The translations under genes and the position numbers were made by a program. 64,000 nucleotides of DNA from Candidatus Poribacteria bacterium (GTDB lineage: Bacteria; Poribacteria; WGA-4E; WGA-3G): contig CBDBFU010000015.1 in assembly GCA_965205025.1 (NCBI GenBank), forward strand, positions 224,001 through 288,000, given 5' to 3'. Below the pieces are notes generated by a model. The model made no database searches and was not told the DNA's origin. It saw only the letters and a program-made list of their open reading frames with translations. This document shows positions 49,063-59,059 of this stretch, in pieces (position 1 is the stretch's first letter; each line of letters starts with the position of its first letter).

Positions 49063-52000
49063 TCAATTATTATTGGCTTTTTCTTGAAGTTGTTTTAAGA
49101 TAATTTCTAACTTCCCGAGTAATCGACCATACTCAGTCCAGTTTCCATTTCGTAATGCATTTTGCGCGCTATTGTAGTTGTCATTCGCTTGTTGAATGAG
49201 CGTACTTATAGAGACGTCTTCATTTGAAAGGTTAGAGCTTTCAACGGTTTCGTCAGTTGAACTAACCAACGTAGTCTCTTGTATTTCTGTTCCATCTGCG
49301 AACATCTTAATGAGAGCTTCGTTTAGAGTTTCTCCCCAGACGACCTTGTTCTCATATCCAATAACAACCCGTCGTAACTCAGGTATGGCAGTTTCTTCAT
49401 CTTCAGACTGGATATAAATAGGTTCAACATAGAGTAGTGAATTGTTCATCGGAAGTATCAGTAGATTACCGCGTAAAACTCGTGATCCTTCTGTATTCCA
49501 CAGACTTATCTGTTGTGAAATCTCAGGTTCTTGACTAATGAAGTTTTCAACCTGCATTGGACCGGCAACTTGTTTGCCTTTTGGGAAACGGTATACTAAT
49601 AATTGTCCATATTGTGGTAAATCACAACGTGCAGCCAGCCATGCTGTAAGATTGGGTTTATTTAACGGAGTATAGGGTAACATCAGCATAAACTCAGCTC
49701 TATCCTGACCGGGTAACTTTATTACCACATAATACGGTTCAACTGGTTGTCCATTTGATGGTGCTTTTCTAACAGGTTGTTGCTGTTGAGCAAAGGGTGA
49801 TCTCTGTTGTTGAGGTGCAACTTGTTGTACTTGTGCATCTGTATTATCATAGAGTTCCCATCCAATTTCCCATCTATCTTCACCTGCATAAAAGGTATCA
49901 GGATTCTTCATGTGATAATCTTGATATACCCTGGATTGGATAAGAAACATAGATGTGGGATAACGAATATGATTCTTAAGTTCTTCTGGCATTTCGGCAA
50001 AGGGTTTGAATAGATCTGGAAATATCTTTCTGTAACACTCAGCAATAGGGTCTTTCTCTCTTTCCATTATATAGAAATTTACAGTACCATCATAAGCATC
50101 AACAAGAACTTTAACAGAATTCCTTATGTAATTCCCCCATGGTTCACCATCCTGTTGTGTGCCTGTAACTTGTCGTCTTCTATCTCTAAGAAATTCATTC
50201 ATAGAGACAGAATATGGGTATCTATGTGTGATAGTATAAGCATCTATCATCCATACGATTCTTCCATTGTGTAGGACTATATAAGGGTCTCCATCGTATC
50301 TTAAGAAAGGAGCGATTTTCTGAATCCGTCTTTTTATATTTCGGTCATATAGGATACGACTTGTAGATGAAATTTCCCCTGGCAATACAAACTTTATCTC
50401 TTTATCAAACTTCAACATATACACCAGTTTTCGCCAGAATGAGTTCAGTTCAACACCGCCATCACCTTGATATGCATATTCAGCATATTGTTGACCTTCA
50501 ATAGGATAATCAAATTCTAATGGTTGAGTTCTGTCAGGATGAATAATCACATAACGGTCGGTTCTTTCACCATAGTAGATACGCGGTCCTGGAGAATCAT
50601 TGAATCTATACGGCCATTGTTCATTGTATTGAATAGGTGGCAATTCTTGAATGTACATGTTTGGTTTGCCTTCTATGATTTCATTTACAGGACTTACAAC
50701 AGCCCCATACCCGTGAGTGTAAGTATAGGTTTGTTTGTACCAGTCATTTCTGATTTCTACTGGTAAATCGTTAATGTTTAACTCACGTGCTGATAGCATT
50801 ACCTGTCTGACTTCATTGTTAATTATATACCTATCAATATCAACATCAAAGAAATCGTATTGTGAACGCAATTCCTGTAACTGCCTAAATGTCCTACGTA
50901 AAGGACGCCAATCCCATAATCGTATGCTATTGAATACTGGAGCGTTTTCTTCACTTGTAATATCTTCGTAGTTAAGGACTTCTGTCAGAGGATATTCTTC
51001 TTCTACAACCTTATTCTCTGATAGGCCGTATGCCTCTAAGGTTGATTTTATGTTGTAATTAATGTAATCTGCTTCTAATACTTGCTTGAGTGGATCGACC
51101 CTTAAAACTTGTACCATCTGCGGATAGAATTGCCCTAATATACCGGCAATAATAAACACAATTAGACTTCCAAAAGCAAATTTATTGCTTCGTAAGAAGA
51201 TACTAACGATAAAAATCACAGCACATATTGCTGTGAGAGCAATCATGATATAGAGAATTGGAAGTCGCGCCTTGATTGCAGCATAGCCACCACCACCACG
51301 GACGATTTCGTTTGATGTATATAATAAATCATACATTACAAAACGGTAGTTCCAAGCACGGAATAGAAGTGTTAACCCAACGAGTGTAAAAATGTGTGCT
51401 TTGACTTTGAAAGGGGGTCGAAAGCGGAGTTGATTCGTATCTCCCGTAATTAATCCGTGGAAAAAGTAGATGATTATTGAGAAAACAGTAACAAGGAAGA
51501 AGATACCAAACAGAGTACCACAGATATAACGCCACATAGGCATTTCAAACACATAATAGGAGACATCTTTTTTGAAGATCGGGTCGCGTGCAAGAGAGGT
51601 AAAATATGCTCTCTGACCGTCATTAACTTGGATGGATGTGTTTAACTTTAAACCGATTGGCAGGTTAATTGTCTTATTATTTTGCGTTATAGGTTCAGTG
51701 ATTACCTGATTAACTGTCGCACTAACCGGTTCATTTTGGTCAACATACACCTTTATTTCATCACCAATTTGGATTTTTTTGGCTTGTAATTCTAATGTTG
51801 AAACCGAAATTGTATCTGAATCAATTCCATCATTTACAGTAATAGGTGTTGCTGACTGAAAATCCAATTCTCCTGCATGTGTATACCGTAGATATATTTC
51901 CCACCGATCCGTTGCTGAATACCCCATTAAGATACTGAATAGGACAGCCATAATGGTGAGTCCGCCATAAATCATTTTCCGTGTGTTTGTTTCTCCACCT

Positions 52001-52275
52001 GTAAATTCTGTACCTCCTAAGAATGCGGGACTGAGTTGTGCAGGAGTGTATTTATAGACAATAAACAGATTAATTAGGAGTATGACCAGGTAGGTTAAAC
52101 CAACAATAATCCCAACGAGTATTTTATTGTATAGAATTTCGGTATAAACAGAGAGATAATTTAGCATTTTGAACCATAGTATATCGGGATATATATTAAT
52201 CCAAGCTGTGATTATACCCCCCAAAACCGCTATGATTCCAACTGTGAGAATAAGACGTTTTACTCGTGGTTCCAT
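49063..52275 (-). CDS. UPF0182 (COG1615) family membrane protein with insertions
   Basis: DPIF..DVSYYVF, IRLWD, YTHGYG, PRIYYGE, DGDPY, NYIRNSVK.. VDAYDG, GNLL..P, LYVEPIY. Confidence 0.93.
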   Translation of the reverse strand: MEPRVKRLILTVGIIAVLGGIITAWINIYPDILWFKMLNYLSVYTEILYNKILVGIIVGLTYLVILLINLFIVYKYTPAQLSPAFLGGTEFTGGETNTRKMIYGGLTIMAVLFSILMGYSATDRWEIYLRYTHAGELDFQSATPITVNDGIDSDTISVSTLELQAKKIQIGDEIKVYVDQNEPVSATVNQVITEPITQNNKTINLPIGLKLNTSIQVNDGQRAYFTSLARDPIFKKDVSYYVFEMPMWRYICGTLFGIFFLVTVFSIIIYFFHGLITGDTNQLRFRPPFKVKAHIFTLVGLTLLFRAWNYRFVMYDLLYTSNEIVRGGGGYAAIKARLPILYIMIALTAICAVIFIVSIFLRSNKFAFGSLIVFIIAGILGQFYPQMVQVLRVDPLKQVLEADYINYNIKSTLEAYGLSENKVVEEEYPLTEVLNYEDITSEENAPVFNSIRLWDWRPLRRTFRQLQELRSQYDFFDVDIDRYIINNEVRQVMLSARELNINDLPVEIRNDWYKQTYTYTHGYGAVVSPVNEIIEGKPNMYIQELPPIQYNEQWPYRFNDSPGPRIYYGERTDRYVIIHPDRTQPLEFDYPIEGQQYAEYAYQGDGGVELNSFWRKLVYMLKFDKEIKFVLPGEISSTSRILYDRNIKRRIQKIAPFLRYDGDPYIVLHNGRIVWMIDAYTITHRYPYSVSMNEFLRDRRRQVTGTQQDGEPWGNYIRNSVKVLVDAYDGTVNFYIMEREKDPIAECYRKIFPDLFKPFAEMPEELKNHIRYPTSMFLIQSRVYQDYHMKNPDTFYAGEDRWEIGWELYDNTDAQVQQVAPQQQRSPFAQQQQPVRKAPSNGQPVEPYYVVIKLPGQDRAEFMLMLPYTPLNKPNLTAWLAARCDLPQYGQLLVYRFPKGKQVAGPMQVENFISQEPEISQQISLWNTEGSRVLRGNLLILPMNNSLLYVEPIYIQSEDEETAIPELRRVVIGYENKVVWGETLNEALIKMFADGTEIQETTLVSSTDETVESSNLSNEDVSISTLIQQANDNYNSAQNALRNGNWTEYGRLLGKLEIILKQLQEKANNN

Positions 52276-52339
52276 TATTGCTCCTTATAGATAATATTCC
52301 TAAACAGTAGTTCCTAAAATTAATATATGAATAGATGGG

Positions 52340-55252
52340 TTAAAATGCTTGCCCTAAACCGAAATGGTATTTAACTCCAGGTTCAATACTTCTTAAATCC
52401 GTGTGTCGTGCAGCGGCGAAATCTAATGAGAAAACACCCAGTCTTAGTCTAAGACCAACCCCCAATGATCCTTTTAAGTCTATGAGACGAATCTTAAAAC
52501 CGTTCCGTTGAACTAATTTAAGAGGGTTATCTGGACCGTATTTCCAATCTGCCCATGTTGTACCAAAATCTGCAAAGACAATTCCTCTGATGCCACCAAT
52601 AGACCAACGAATGGGCCATGCGAAATATAATGCATCAATAAAGGGTATGCGTAGTTCGACATTGAATAGACCGAGACGCGAACCTACCAAGTCCTGATAA
52701 TTGTATCCGCGGAGCGTATCAATCCCACCGAGATAATAGAGAGATTTATCCTTTCCAAAACTTGCTCCTAACAATAATCTTGATGCAATAGTGGTCCGTC
52801 TACCTATACCGATATAATTCCTAAAATCAAACACAGTGTTTGTAAGTGATAACTCGCTACCAATACTTGGAAATGAACGTTCGATTTCTAACCTATACCG
52901 TGTACCTTTGAATGGAGCCCATTCCCGCCACATTGTGTTGTCTCCTACAAGTGCCATAGAACCGATGGATAATAATCCGCGATCATAATAGTTAAATGGA
53001 TCCCTCGTTTGGAAGTTATGAGCGAAAGGTGTAGTATACATTGCAAATTGAGTGTCTAATCTTAAATATCTATTGAATGGATAGCTTATGTATCCACCAG
53101 CACCTGTAATCCGTTGTAATACCCCTCGTTGACTTCTGTATGAACCGAGAAGATGGTATTGATGATAGTTATAGATTACAGCTCCGACATCAGCACGATG
53201 TGTTAAGAAACCGTACTGAGCGATAAAGTCTGGTAGTAGATAGCCTCTTGATTGATTAATTACACTTACCTCAACACGATGATTTCCTAACATATCACTT
53301 GCACTCATCCGAATTTGACTTCGTAGTAATCCGTCTGCCCCATAACTGAACTCAGGAATAATAGCATCAAACCGAAAAGATGATCTTGTGCTGTATTTTC
53401 TTTTCGCGATTCTATAGTTTTTTATACCGGGTTCAGAATCTATCAGCGCAGGAATTGTTTGTGATGCCATTTTAGACTCTTCAATTTTCTCAGCAAGTAA
53501 TTTATCCGAATCCATTATACAAACATCATATTTTCCTTTTTGATAGGCACTAAATAGTATTTTCTTTTGATCTGGTGAAAAACTGGGATTAAAAGAACCG
53601 GTAATTAAGTTTGTTAGACGAGTTCTTTCCAAAGATGCTATATTTAGTTTGTAAGCATCATATACACCTGTTCGATCAGAACAATATAACACCGATTCAC
53701 CATCAGGCATCCATATTGGACTTATGGCATTTGATAGGTTATCAGTTAGGATCTGTTGTGTGCGTTTTTCAAAATCAATGATAACAAGTTTATTTCTTCT
53801 ATCTCTCTCAGAAACATAAATGATTTTATTCTCTGTTGGGTGCCAAGAAGGATGGGAATCGTGAAATGTATCCCGTGTTATACGATATATCTTTTCAACA
53901 TCCAAATCAACAGTATATAGATCTGTTTGTCCTTCTTTTAGCGCGGTAAAGGCTATTCTCTTACCAGTGTTATCATAATTGGGTGAATACGCTGCATCAA
54001 ATTCCAACTTAATGTATTGGGTTAATTTATGCGTAAGTATATTAACTTCATAAAGATAATTTGCAGCATGATGTTTACCTATAAATGCGATATGATCACC
54101 ATCTGGTGACCAAGTTATACTTCTATCGACTCCAGTTGAATCTGAGCGTATTTCTTCATATTTCTCTCTAAAGAGATTTTTTGTAATTCGATCAATCAGT
54201 TCCCCTGTTTTTGCGGACATTAGGACAATTTCCATGAATCCTTCATTGCCTGTTATATATGCGATAATATCACCGCTGGGGGACCATACAGGTTTGATAT
54301 TATGAGAGTATTTTGCTTTCTTTGTAAGTTGTTTTGTTGCGGAATCGGGTAGTTCCTTATCTTGGATGAGGGGCCAGTAACGTTTCTTCATCATCTGTTG
54401 CCACTCTTTATCGAAGTCTTCTAAGGAAATACCGAGTACGTCTTTAAAGACGTTGTCAATATTTTTTGTTCTGCTTTGTCTGAGACCCTGCATGATTTCA
54501 GCTATTTTTTCTTGTCCATAGGTTTGTACAAGGTATCCGACAGCTAATTGTCCCATTTTATATCCAATATAAGGAGATGTCAGTCGGTTGAAGTTCTGTA
54601 ATTCTGTTAGCGGCGGTATATTATTGTTGATACTTGCATCTCTAAGGACCATTTCACCGATAGCATCGTTATCTTCAGCGAAGTAATCCGCCATACCTTC
54701 CATGAACCATATTGGGGGAGAATATAGAAACTCTCCACTATAAATACTTGCATGGGGTTTCTGATAGAGAATATCGTACTGAAATATGTGTATTAGTTCA
54801 TGATAAATAACTTCCCGAAAAGCCTCTGCTGAACCCGTGAATGGTATAACCATACGGTGTTTAAATAGTTCAGCAAAACCACCGATGCCTTCATGTAATT
54901 CTTGTAAGATAATATTGGTTTCTTGAAAATCTTTATGAGATTTGTATAGAATCAAAGGAGTTCTGTTCTCAAGTTCGTGTTCAAGAATTTCACTATGTTT
55001 TTCATAGGCGTCCTCGGCGATTGATGCCATTACGGGGACCAGTTTAGCTTCACTTGGGTAGTAGTGGATGTCAAAGTGTTCGGTACGATGAATGTGCCAA
55101 TTAAATCTTTGTCCAGTAATCTTGTTTTTACCAAATCCTTGTGCGTAAACAGAAGGTATAACTACCATCAATAGACACAAAAATATTGTCATGGATAACA
55201 TTTTATGGAGGTAATTTGTTATCTTTGGTGATATTCTAAGTAGTTTTTTCAT
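52340..55252 (-). CDS. Omp85-family protein: peptidase MA-like domain, TolB/PD40 propeller and BamA-type barrel
   Basis: FGKNK, TEHFDIHYY, HELIH...WFMEGMADY, PVWSPSG/WSPDG/PSFSPD repeats, LGG..TLRGY, C-terminal GQAF. Confidence 0.88.
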   Translation of the reverse strand: MKKLLRISPKITNYLHKMLSMTIFLCLLMVVIPSVYAQGFGKNKITGQRFNWHIHRTEHFDIHYYPSEAKLVPVMASIAEDAYEKHSEILEHELENRTPLILYKSHKDFQETNIILQELHEGIGGFAELFKHRMVIPFTGSAEAFREVIYHELIHIFQYDILYQKPHASIYSGEFLYSPPIWFMEGMADYFAEDNDAIGEMVLRDASINNNIPPLTELQNFNRLTSPYIGYKMGQLAVGYLVQTYGQEKIAEIMQGLRQSRTKNIDNVFKDVLGISLEDFDKEWQQMMKKRYWPLIQDKELPDSATKQLTKKAKYSHNIKPVWSPSGDIIAYITGNEGFMEIVLMSAKTGELIDRITKNLFREKYEEIRSDSTGVDRSITWSPDGDHIAFIGKHHAANYLYEVNILTHKLTQYIKLEFDAAYSPNYDNTGKRIAFTALKEGQTDLYTVDLDVEKIYRITRDTFHDSHPSWHPTENKIIYVSERDRRNKLVIIDFEKRTQQILTDNLSNAISPIWMPDGESVLYCSDRTGVYDAYKLNIASLERTRLTNLITGSFNPSFSPDQKKILFSAYQKGKYDVCIMDSDKLLAEKIEESKMASQTIPALIDSEPGIKNYRIAKRKYSTRSSFRFDAIIPEFSYGADGLLRSQIRMSASDMLGNHRVEVSVINQSRGYLLPDFIAQYGFLTHRADVGAVIYNYHQYHLLGSYRSQRGVLQRITGAGGYISYPFNRYLRLDTQFAMYTTPFAHNFQTRDPFNYYDRGLLSIGSMALVGDNTMWREWAPFKGTRYRLEIERSFPSIGSELSLTNTVFDFRNYIGIGRRTTIASRLLLGASFGKDKSLYYLGGIDTLRGYNYQDLVGSRLGLFNVELRIPFIDALYFAWPIRWSIGGIRGIVFADFGTTWADWKYGPDNPLKLVQRNGFKIRLIDLKGSLGVGLRLRLGVFSLDFAAARHTDLRSIEPGVKYHFGLGQAF

Positions 55253-55324
55253 GTATCCATGCCTTATGTTTCTTGTTTGTTTAATTGAGATCGTAAGATA
55301 TATTGTTAGTGTAATTCACTATTC

Positions 55325-56089
55325 TTATTTAATTAAGAATCTATCTTCTTGCTCATAGTGTGGTGTAATTTCCCTTACAAAATCAGCGATAGCACGTTTA
55401 CTAAGTTCTTTTAATGTTCTTTCTTGTGGTGCCATCTGTGAGAAGACGAAAGATCCAAGTGTATGTGCTTCTGCCGTCCTTTGGTGGTATGCCTCATCCC
55501 AGATTATATCTTTTGTATCAATATCTATGATCATAACCCTAAGGGATAGAATGTATGACTTTTGTAAATAATCGTGGTAATCCATGATATACCGTTGATG
55601 TCTTGCTGAATATCGTTCTCCATAATATCGTCTGGGTTGAGTATCTGAAATAAAGCGGTAACTCCCAACAATGATACCTTTGACTTCAAAATACTTACCT
55701 AATTCACTTAGATGTTCAGTGTCTTCGAGCCATTCTTCATTAACTTCTTCGCCTGTCATGAGTCGTTTTGTTTCTTGTTTATTGACAATTTCAAATTTCT
55801 CTTGTCGTGCTAATCTACTCCTTAATATCTCACCAATATCATCTCCTATTTCAACCGGTAATTCTCCAAGTTTTGAGGAGTGTTCTTCACTAACAAATGG
55901 TAGAACTGCGAATTTACTATAGGTGTCTATATCTATTTCTGATTGTACTTTTATGGGAATAGAGACTCGGGAGACATGAGTACTACATGCACTTAGAGAT
56001 AGAGAGATTAGGAGTAAAGAATATAGTGTAAATACTCTCTTGTTTAGTCGTGGAAATAGCAAGATGATCGGTGTGATATATTTTTGCAT
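55325..56089 (-). CDS. Lipoprotein of CsgG/DUF799-like fold
   Basis: Lipobox LSAC; KFAVLPF, LG....V.GIIVGS, RVMIIDIDT..IIW. Confidence 0.6.
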   Translation of the reverse strand: MQKYITPIILLFPRLNKRVFTLYSLLLISLSLSACSTHVSRVSIPIKVQSEIDIDTYSKFAVLPFVSEEHSSKLGELPVEIGDDIGEILRSRLARQEKFEIVNKQETKRLMTGEEVNEEWLEDTEHLSELGKYFEVKGIIVGSYRFISDTQPRRYYGERYSARHQRYIMDYHDYLQKSYILSLRVMIIDIDTKDIIWDEAYHQRTAEAHTLGSFVFSQMAPQERTLKELSKRAIADFVREITPHYEQEDRFLIK

Positions 56090-56109
56090 GAGCGTTTATA
56101 AGTAATGCC

Positions 56110-56496
56110 TTATTCACTATTTGGCTCATCTACAGATTCTGTTGTTTCTGAACCGCTGCGACGAATATGTAAACGACATCTACGGTAATTTATACGGTAG
56201 TATTTGCTGTCTGGGTCAAGTTCTGTTGCACGTTCATAAGAAGCTACAGCATCGGTAATTTTTCCTTGTGCTTCGTAACCTACACCGAGGTTATTATGAG
56301 CAGCGGCATTATTAGGATCAATAGTAATCACTTGATTCCAACGGTAGATTGCTTCATTCCAAAGTCCTGCTTCTGCGGCTTTGATGGCAAACTGATTATA
56401 GGCATTTATCCCAGTTGAATCACGTGACGCACATCCTGCCACAATAAGTACTAATATAACAACAGTAAAATGCAAGAATCTGTAATAATTGGACAT
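56110..56496 (-). CDS. TPR lipoprotein
   Basis: Lipobox VAGC; DPNNAAAHNNLGVGYE...A..SYERATELDP. Confidence 0.85.
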   Translation of the reverse strand: MSNYYRFLHFTVVILVLIVAGCASRDSTGINAYNQFAIKAAEAGLWNEAIYRWNQVITIDPNNAAAHNNLGVGYEAQGKITDAVASYERATELDPDSKYYRINYRRCRLHIRRSGSETTESVDEPNSE

Positions 56497-56520
56497 AATA
56501 ACCGCCTCATTATGTACTCA

Positions 56521-56550
56521 ATTTTATCTTGTAAACAGTGGAAATGTCAA
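56521..56550 (-). promoter_or_regulatory. sigma70 promoter of the TPR-Omp85 operon
   Basis: TTGACA-18 bp-TAAAAT. Confidence 0.65.
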
Positions 56551-56789
56551 GGAAATTCTATTATATCAAGGGTTAAAGATATGATTAAACGATGATAATT
56601 GAAACTCCCAATATGTGAACGTGGATTTTAGAAATGTTGATTACTTAATATCCTCTTTCCATGGAACACATATATAATACTTATAGTAGTTTATTTCTAA
56701 GATTCTACACACTCAAAGTATAGTTTTCCATTGGTTTTTGATAGTGAATTTGATAAGATAAAGAAAACGGAATGTAATGGGAGAACGTA

Positions 56790-57896
56790 ATGTCAAATAT
56801 GACACCAGTTAGAACTGTAATTGTGGGATGTGGGATGATTGCTGCAGGTGGATATCAACCTCGATGTCAGGCATATCCAAAACATATTGAGTTAGTTGGT
56901 TTTTATGATCAGGATGAAGCTCGTGCTTCTGCCCTTGCTGAAAGGGATGGTGGGAAGGTCTATACATCGCTTGAAGCGGTATTAGATGATCCTAATGTAG
57001 AGGCTATTGTAAATCTGACACTCCATATATCACATTATCCTGTATCGTTAGCTGCTCTTAAGGCTGGTAAGCATGTTTATTCTGAAAAGCCAATTTCAAT
57101 CAAAACTGATGAGGCGAACGAGTTGGTAGAAACAGCGGAATCCAATGGATTAAAAATGGCATGTGCTCCATCTGCTATACTTGGTTACGTGCAACAGAAT
57201 GTATGGCAACGGATACGTGAGGGTGAGATTGGAGATGTAATTTCAGCGTTAGGTAATTTTGGTGGTCCTTTGGAACATTGGCACCCGAGTGCAGAGGCAT
57301 TCCTCCAACATGCAGGACCTTTCAGAGATGTTGCCCCGTATCCATTAACTGCTATGACAACAATGATTGGACCAGTTAAAACTGTCCACGGGTTTGCCCG
57401 GGTTGCGGTACCAAAACGTGTGATGCAGACCGGACCTCGAAAAGGTCAAGAGTTTACAGTTACAGAGAAGGATCATGGGTTCGGTGCCCTTGAATTTGAT
57501 GTGCCTCAGAAAGGTGGAGCACACGGTTTTATTTATCACAGTTTTACTGTGACATCGCAATTGCCTCCCTATGAAATACATGGGACAAAAGGTGGTTTTT
57601 CACTTCAGGCACATGATGATGGTCGAGGTATAAAGAAATTTACACCGCAAGGTGGCTGGCAAGATGAACCGTCTCCTGAGAAATCCTTCACAGGTTTAGA
57701 TTGGGGTAAAGGTGTAGCAGATTTTGCTGAGGCAATCAGAATGGACAGAAATCCCCGTTGCAATGGTGCTCAAGCGAGACATGTGTTAGAAGTCTGTGAA
57801 CGTATCCTTGAATCATCTGATTTGGGTAGACCCGTTGATGTGGTGAGTCGTTTTCCGGATCCACCACCTGTCGGTAATGTAGCACCTTGGGAATAA
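56790..57896 (+). CDS. Gfo/Idh/MocA family oxidoreductase
   Basis: IVGCGMIA, AGKHVYSEKP. Confidence 0.92.
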   Translation: MSNMTPVRTVIVGCGMIAAGGYQPRCQAYPKHIELVGFYDQDEARASALAERDGGKVYTSLEAVLDDPNVEAIVNLTLHISHYPVSLAALKAGKHVYSEKPISIKTDEANELVETAESNGLKMACAPSAILGYVQQNVWQRIREGEIGDVISALGNFGGPLEHWHPSAEAFLQHAGPFRDVAPYPLTAMTTMIGPVKTVHGFARVAVPKRVMQTGPRKGQEFTVTEKDHGFGALEFDVPQKGGAHGFIYHSFTVTSQLPPYEIHGTKGGFSLQAHDDGRGIKKFTPQGGWQDEPSPEKSFTGLDWGKGVADFAEAIRMDRNPRCNGAQARHVLEVCERILESSDLGRPVDVVSRFPDPPPVGNVAPWE

Positions 57897-57931
57897 CTTT
57901 AATAAAACCTAAAACTATTATTATATTACGA

Positions 57932-57957
57932 TAGGTTCGGTTTTATAACCGAACCTA
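57932..57957. terminator. Hairpin between convergent genes (terminator or REP-like)
   Basis: TAGGTTCGGTT-TTAT-AACCGAACCTA. Confidence 0.7.
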
Positions 57958-58080
57958 AAAATAATGGGATTAATATATGATGACTACAGAGGTGGGTAAA
58001 AATCCAGAATGCGACAAATATAGAATTACCGGATTATTTCTTAAAATTAATACAGTTTGCTATCCATAAATACTCAGGAA

Positions 58081-58905
58081 TTAAAGGTTGATTGCCTTTC
58101 GGAGCATCTCCACACTTTGTGGTACACCGGTGTGTGCATCCTCTTTCCCTTCAAATTCAATTGAGATATATCCCTTAAAATCTACTTTTCTTAGTATCTC
58201 ACCTATCCTTGCATAGTCAAGATCAAGTGTGTACCATTCTCCTTCCCCGTAATATGTCTTGGCATGGACAAGAACAGTTTCTGGTGCGATCTGTTCCAGT
58301 TTCTCATACGGATCAGTGAGAAAATTTCCACAATCCATTGTCACTTTTAACCATTCTGAATCAATAGCATTGACAATACGATTAACACCTTCCGGAGTGC
58401 ATGTTAACCCCCAATGATTCTCAAGTCCCAGAATAACACCATATTTTTCTGCATCAGGGAGACATTTCTCAATAGAACTGATGACCCAATCAAATGCTTC
58501 ATCTTCAGTGTGATTTGGGAGTGGTGGTTCTTGTCCTTCTACCTTCATCAACTCATCAAATGAACCTACTGTACCCCAACGTCCAGAATTTAGTCTGATT
58601 GAAGGGATGCCGAGTTCATGTGCTATACGTAGACAATGAATCGTATGGTTTATGTTCTTTTGTCGTGTATTCTCTTCTGGTGAAACAAATCCTTGATGGA
58701 TAGAAAGTGCATAGAGATCAAGTCCGTGAATAAACGCATGTCTTTTTAGTTTCTGTAGGTATGGTGTGTCTTCAGATGTCATTTGTTGATGTAATATCTC
58801 AATACCATCCAGTTCAAGTTTCGCTGCATCCTCAATAACGTGCTCAATCGGAACGCGTTCAGGTTTGAAATGCCAGTAGGAATATGTTGATACACCCAGT
58901 TTCAA
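58081..58905 (-). CDS. Sugar phosphate isomerase/epimerase (xylose isomerase-like TIM barrel)
   Basis: Probable TTG start MKLGVSTYS; LENHWG, MDCGNF, HAK, ISIEFEG. Confidence 0.9.
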   Translation of the reverse strand: MKLGVSTYSYWHFKPERVPIEHVIEDAAKLELDGIEILHQQMTSEDTPYLQKLKRHAFIHGLDLYALSIHQGFVSPEENTRQKNINHTIHCLRIAHELGIPSIRLNSGRWGTVGSFDELMKVEGQEPPLPNHTEDEAFDWVISSIEKCLPDAEKYGVILGLENHWGLTCTPEGVNRIVNAIDSEWLKVTMDCGNFLTDPYEKLEQIAPETVLVHAKTYYGEGEWYTLDLDYARIGEILRKVDFKGYISIEFEGKEDAHTGVPQSVEMLRKAINL

Positions 58906-59059
58906 TTTTTCACCTCTAATAACAAATTTGACTGTCACTACTATAATATCATAACTCTTTATTTTAATGCGTGCAAAAAGCAATCTCCCGAATAATGTCA
59001 GAATGACAGAAATCGGGAGATTACATATTCAATCTGTTAACTAAATGGTTAATAGATAA

